Shown here: positions 59,821 to 64,000 of the stretch, piece by piece
Position numbering within the stretch: position 1 is the first letter of the stretch
Layout: each line of letters starts with the position of its first letter
Assembly (NCBI GenBank): GCA_030141605.1
Contig: JAQGDQ010000202.1
Span: 336,599-400,598 of the forward strand
From: Tubiluchus corallicola
Taxonomy: Eukaryota > Animalia > Priapulida
Reading direction: 5' to 3'
Length of the DNA stretch: 64,000 nt
The notes under the pieces: model-generated
Databases searched by the model: none
Told to the model about the DNA's origin: nothing
What the model saw: only the letters and a program-made list of their open reading frames with translations
Made by a program: the position numbers and the translations under genes

Positions 59821-61834
59821 GTAAAATTAAAATTCTGTTCAACTAAGTTTTTCTGTCCGCGTCATCTGCAATAATTAGCTTGTAACACAATTTAAATTTT
59901 AACGCCGTTAAATCACTAACCATAAACTTGGAATTATAAACAAACTGTCGAATTGTTTTGTTAAATAAATACTGATACTTGCTATTAATCTTTCTCTTTA
60001 AACGTGTTATTTGAAATATTACTTAATTAAATCATTTATTATCCACACTGAAGGAGACTCAAGTAAAATATCTGCACTCAGATGGTGTAGTTCTGGATAA
60101 TAGCAGAAGCTTCACAACGACGCAGTATGAATGCGTTCACTAAAGACCTAAAGTAAATTAAATCACGAGGTATTATGCTGGGCCGTAGTTACAAATATTT
60201 CTGAGTTACGCCTGATTAATGACCCCCAACAAATAAACCGGGTAAAAACGTTTCTCATCAGGAAGATCTGTTGCCTTAGCTCCTAACTCATCAGCGTATT
60301 GTTGCCCGTCTTTCTGCACTCTATCTATCTTTGTAAATGTTGGCCAAACAAAATTTGCTATGACAAACGACAAGCCGAGCCGAATTGGTTTAGAGAAAAA
60401 GACAAACCGTTAAGACAGACTACGTATGTCAACTCGTGATTCATCAACCTTGGCAACAAAGGATTGCAGAGTTTTTGTATTTCGGAGGTGACCGGAACTA
60501 AGAAAAAGTAGAAGAACCGTATTACCTTCTCCATCAGAAGAAAGACCAACTCTTAATTTCGTATTCATTTTAACTGAACGCATTTTTTCCCCTCAACGCA
60601 TTACCTGACAATGAATGTTTTTTGAGCGTTTATTCAATCTCATTTGCGACTTGCAAACCATTACAAAGTTTCTGTAGCCGGTCATCACTAATGGAATTTA
60701 CTTGACAAATGGTGGACTCAACTAAATAATATGAGTTTGTACATTCAACTGGCTTATTTTGTCCAAAACAAGATTATCTAAGGACACTACTGTGAAACTT
60801 ATTTTGCGGCGGAGAGTTTGAAGGAAAAAATTTTACGTAACGACTAATGATCAAGTATATTAACAATACCAACAAAACAACTAATGATGTTATGACAAAC
60901 AGCTGAAAATTAATGTCGTATTAATTTCTTTAGCAATTTGCAACAAAGTTAAAGGTAATGCAGCTGCACAAAATCTCTCTTTGACTTTATTTGTACTGAT
61001 TGACTTTATTTGTACTGATTTACATTAAAAACGCTATTTGTTGTAATCACTATGATTATGATCATTTAAATAATTATGAAGATTTATATTGCCAAAAAAT
61101 TGTGATAGGATGCAATTATAAACTAAACTTGCATAAGGAAGTTTAACAACTTTTATTACTACACGCATTAAATAAAAAACTCGGTAAAATTTCTCTGCAA
61201 CAACATTATATGACACAGGTTTTTTGTTTGCGTGAAGATTCGATAAACTCTGTTTTTCCAACTTTAACGGGCGCAGTGTCTTAAGAAAGTGTTTAATTTT
61301 TTCTTACTCAACTCATCCTGTTCTCGTGTTCAGGTCCTGTTCTCGGGTACAAAAATGTGTGCCAGAAAAAAAACTAGCGAACAATAATAAAAACAAAACA
61401 ATCTTGTCACGTTGTGCTTACTAAATGAGCTTAGTGAGTTCACTTGAACAAAAGTTACCGTGTGCGCGCAAAATTCGTGTGAGACGATTTACCTCACACA
61501 GTTGACTGCATACAGATTTTTTGCTGTATGCGGGTAATAAAATCAAAAGGCAAGTGGCGGACTCTGTCTAAAAATATTGGTTACCAGAAGATAAAATGGG
61601 CATACCCATAACTACGATGCTATCATTTAATTTTTATAATGAATAAATAAAATTTTCAAAAAACACATAAGTGGAAACCAAAAGTGCAATTAAATTTTTT
61701 ACAAAAGATGTATATTTTTATTAATTATGGTGTACATGTACTGTACATATTACTGGCAGTTACAGTAAGACAAAGTGTAAGTATAGACTGTTATAATTGA
61801 AGTTTTCAAAAAAAAATGAATGTGTAGTATACTG

Positions 61835-61937
61835 TTATTTTGGAGAGTCATACTCATAAAAATGAAAAACGACTTATTTTTGCCTCAAAACACATCTTGT
61901 GACCGGAGTAGCGGCGAAAGCATACTCTCCAAAATAA
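61835..61937. repeat. Perfect 14-bp inverted repeat with a 75-bp spacer
   Basis: ttattttggagagt (61835-61848) and actctccaaaataa (61924-61937). Confidence 0.7.
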
Positions 61938-64000
61938 TGCCTCAAAAACTTCACAAAACGACCTGCCCATATTTCATAAGTTTCTTTACCTGTGCAACAA
62001 CAACAACAGCAACTTAAGTGCAAATACAGCAACAGTTATTACAGACTTCGACAAAAAACACAATATTTTCAGATCTGTTTATTTGCTCTTCCGCGGACAA
62101 TAATTATTTACTCGCTAATGACAACAGGTAGCAGCCTGTAAGACCTTTAATTACGCTCTGGGCACAATAATGAGAACTCGGTTAATTGGTGATAATTCCA
62201 AGCTGCTGGGAAGCTGCTCGGAAGCCAGTGAATAATAGTGATTATACAGGTACAATGGAGGTGACTTCAATACACACTCGTGTGAGAAGTGCACGCACTT
62301 AGGACCATTAGGCTTTTATTCACTGAACAGACATAATTGATGATTAAGTTCTATAGGTACTTTGCAACGTCACAAAATCCGGATAATTTGTGTAAGGCGA
62401 CTGAGTGTCACAGTTCCGTCACGCGCGTTATGCCGCGCAGATTACAAAGATGCGCATTAGTTAGGTTTACCGTCCACAACGTAATTATTTTTTAATTGTT
62501 AAAGACCTCACCTCAACGACTTTGCTGAACTAAGTAAAGGTGACTGTGTCCCAAAGAAAATATTACCATAGAATAAATTGTATTATGTAATGTTGAAAAA
62601 ATTGGGAAATTACGATCTCAAACCATGCAAGCAACCTTACATCATAAACCACCTCGTACTACAAATTTTATACACTAAATCGAATTAAATCATATCAATT
62701 TTCTTACAGAATTATTTAATTAACCGAGTAGATCTACATTCACATAACAAAAAATAAGTCAGGCAGAATCTTGTTTTGATATTTTAATGTATTCCCTTTG
62801 TTATCTTTTTATTTGAATGATGCTTATGTGATATCTTGTGAGTTTCTATGAGGTTTCCGATTTTCGAGAAGATTTACGTGATATTTGTGTGAGATTTCCC
62901 GAAAAAGAGGGAGGTAGGGAGAGAGAAGAGAGAAAAAGAGAAGGGAGTGAGAGAAAGAAACAGACAGACAGGCTGATAGACAAACAGACTGACTGACAGA
63001 AAGGAAGTTATGGAACATTACTTGCATCCACAAAGAAGCCAAATTTATTTGTATCAATAATTTTATGTTTTGCTTGCGTTTCATGAATCATTTTTCTAGA
63101 AAAAATTGTATGTAGTAAGTTTTCCAGAAAATATTTTTCTACGAAATGTAGGAATGAGAATTTTATGGGGGAAATGATTTTTCTGCAAAAAAACTTTCTT
63201 GGAATTTTTCTTTTCAAAGCGCACAAACCCCCAGTTATCAAAACTGATTGTGTTGGGCTAACTTTTGTTTGGTCCAATGCATCTCAAAGTGTTATGGAAT
63301 GAAATTTCTATAAAAATAACTAAGTAGATCGCTTCTAATTACTATCATGTTCTTAAATGAAAAAAACTGACACAGTGAAACATCTGATCAAAATACAATT
63401 GTGCCATCAAAAGGAATAATATTCCAAATGTCGTAAAAATGCCAGAAATGTGCAACATGTTTAAAAGTTAAAATGAAAAATAATTTCTTACTATTTATAA
63501 TTAAATGCTGTTTCAGGTTATTTTATAATTACTTATGTTTTTTAGTTAAGTCACTTTAGTTTAGTGCATAAATACTTGTATGTGATATTTTATTTTAGAG
63601 TGGTTACGCGAAACTGTTTACCTATTAACTAGCATGTACTAGCATGTATAGTACAATGAATCATAAGTAGGTGAATAAGCCTTCTAATATCAACAACATA
63701 AGTCAGAAACATATTTGCAAATTAGGTTTTAATGTTGTTTGATTTATTTTGCTATCTTAAATGTCTTATTATGCTTATATGTCATGAATTGTAATTTGGG
63801 TTTTTATAATTATGTTTTGTGCAGCAATAAATACTGAGTTGTTGCAATAAATACCTAATACATCACAAACAGTTTAGCGAAAACAGCTACTTAACGCCTC
63901 CAGGAAAAAACCAGATAAGCTAAAACATAATGACAGATTGTTAAACAAACCGAAATCTTGGAAGAAGAAACAAAGAAACTGGTGGAAGGTTAGAAGAAGT

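Overview
AT-rich genomic DNA from an animal, probably an invertebrate bilaterian (a deuterostome is plausible but cannot be shown from this window). It has spliceosomal GT-AG introns; I saw no prokaryotic operons, CRISPR arrays or rRNA. Splicing by hand gives four multi-exon genes, most of whose exons the ORF track misses. (1) The 3' end of a MORC2-like gene (+, 5 exons, 3255-8996). (2) A complete T-box gene, most like the Tbx6/Tbx16(VegT) subfamily (+, 7 exons, 17910-36232). (3) A complete USP30 deubiquitinase (-, 38789-52088). (4) A secreted single-Reeler-domain protein (-, 3 exons, 53504-55961). The best novelty candidate is an intronless orphan ORF (15533-16003, -) with a two-copy internal protein repeat and an in-frame TGA followed by 38 more sense codons. 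Non-coding DNA carries LINE remnants (including a young RTE copy with a TSD), tRNA-derived SINE families, MITEs, micro- and minisatellites, and several Penelope-type hammerhead-like motifs. Motif clusters (TCF, T-box, Smad, Su(H), CTCF) suggest the T-box gene's regulatory domain reaches into the MORC introns. I found no unambiguous new biological system; the findings are hypotheses to test.
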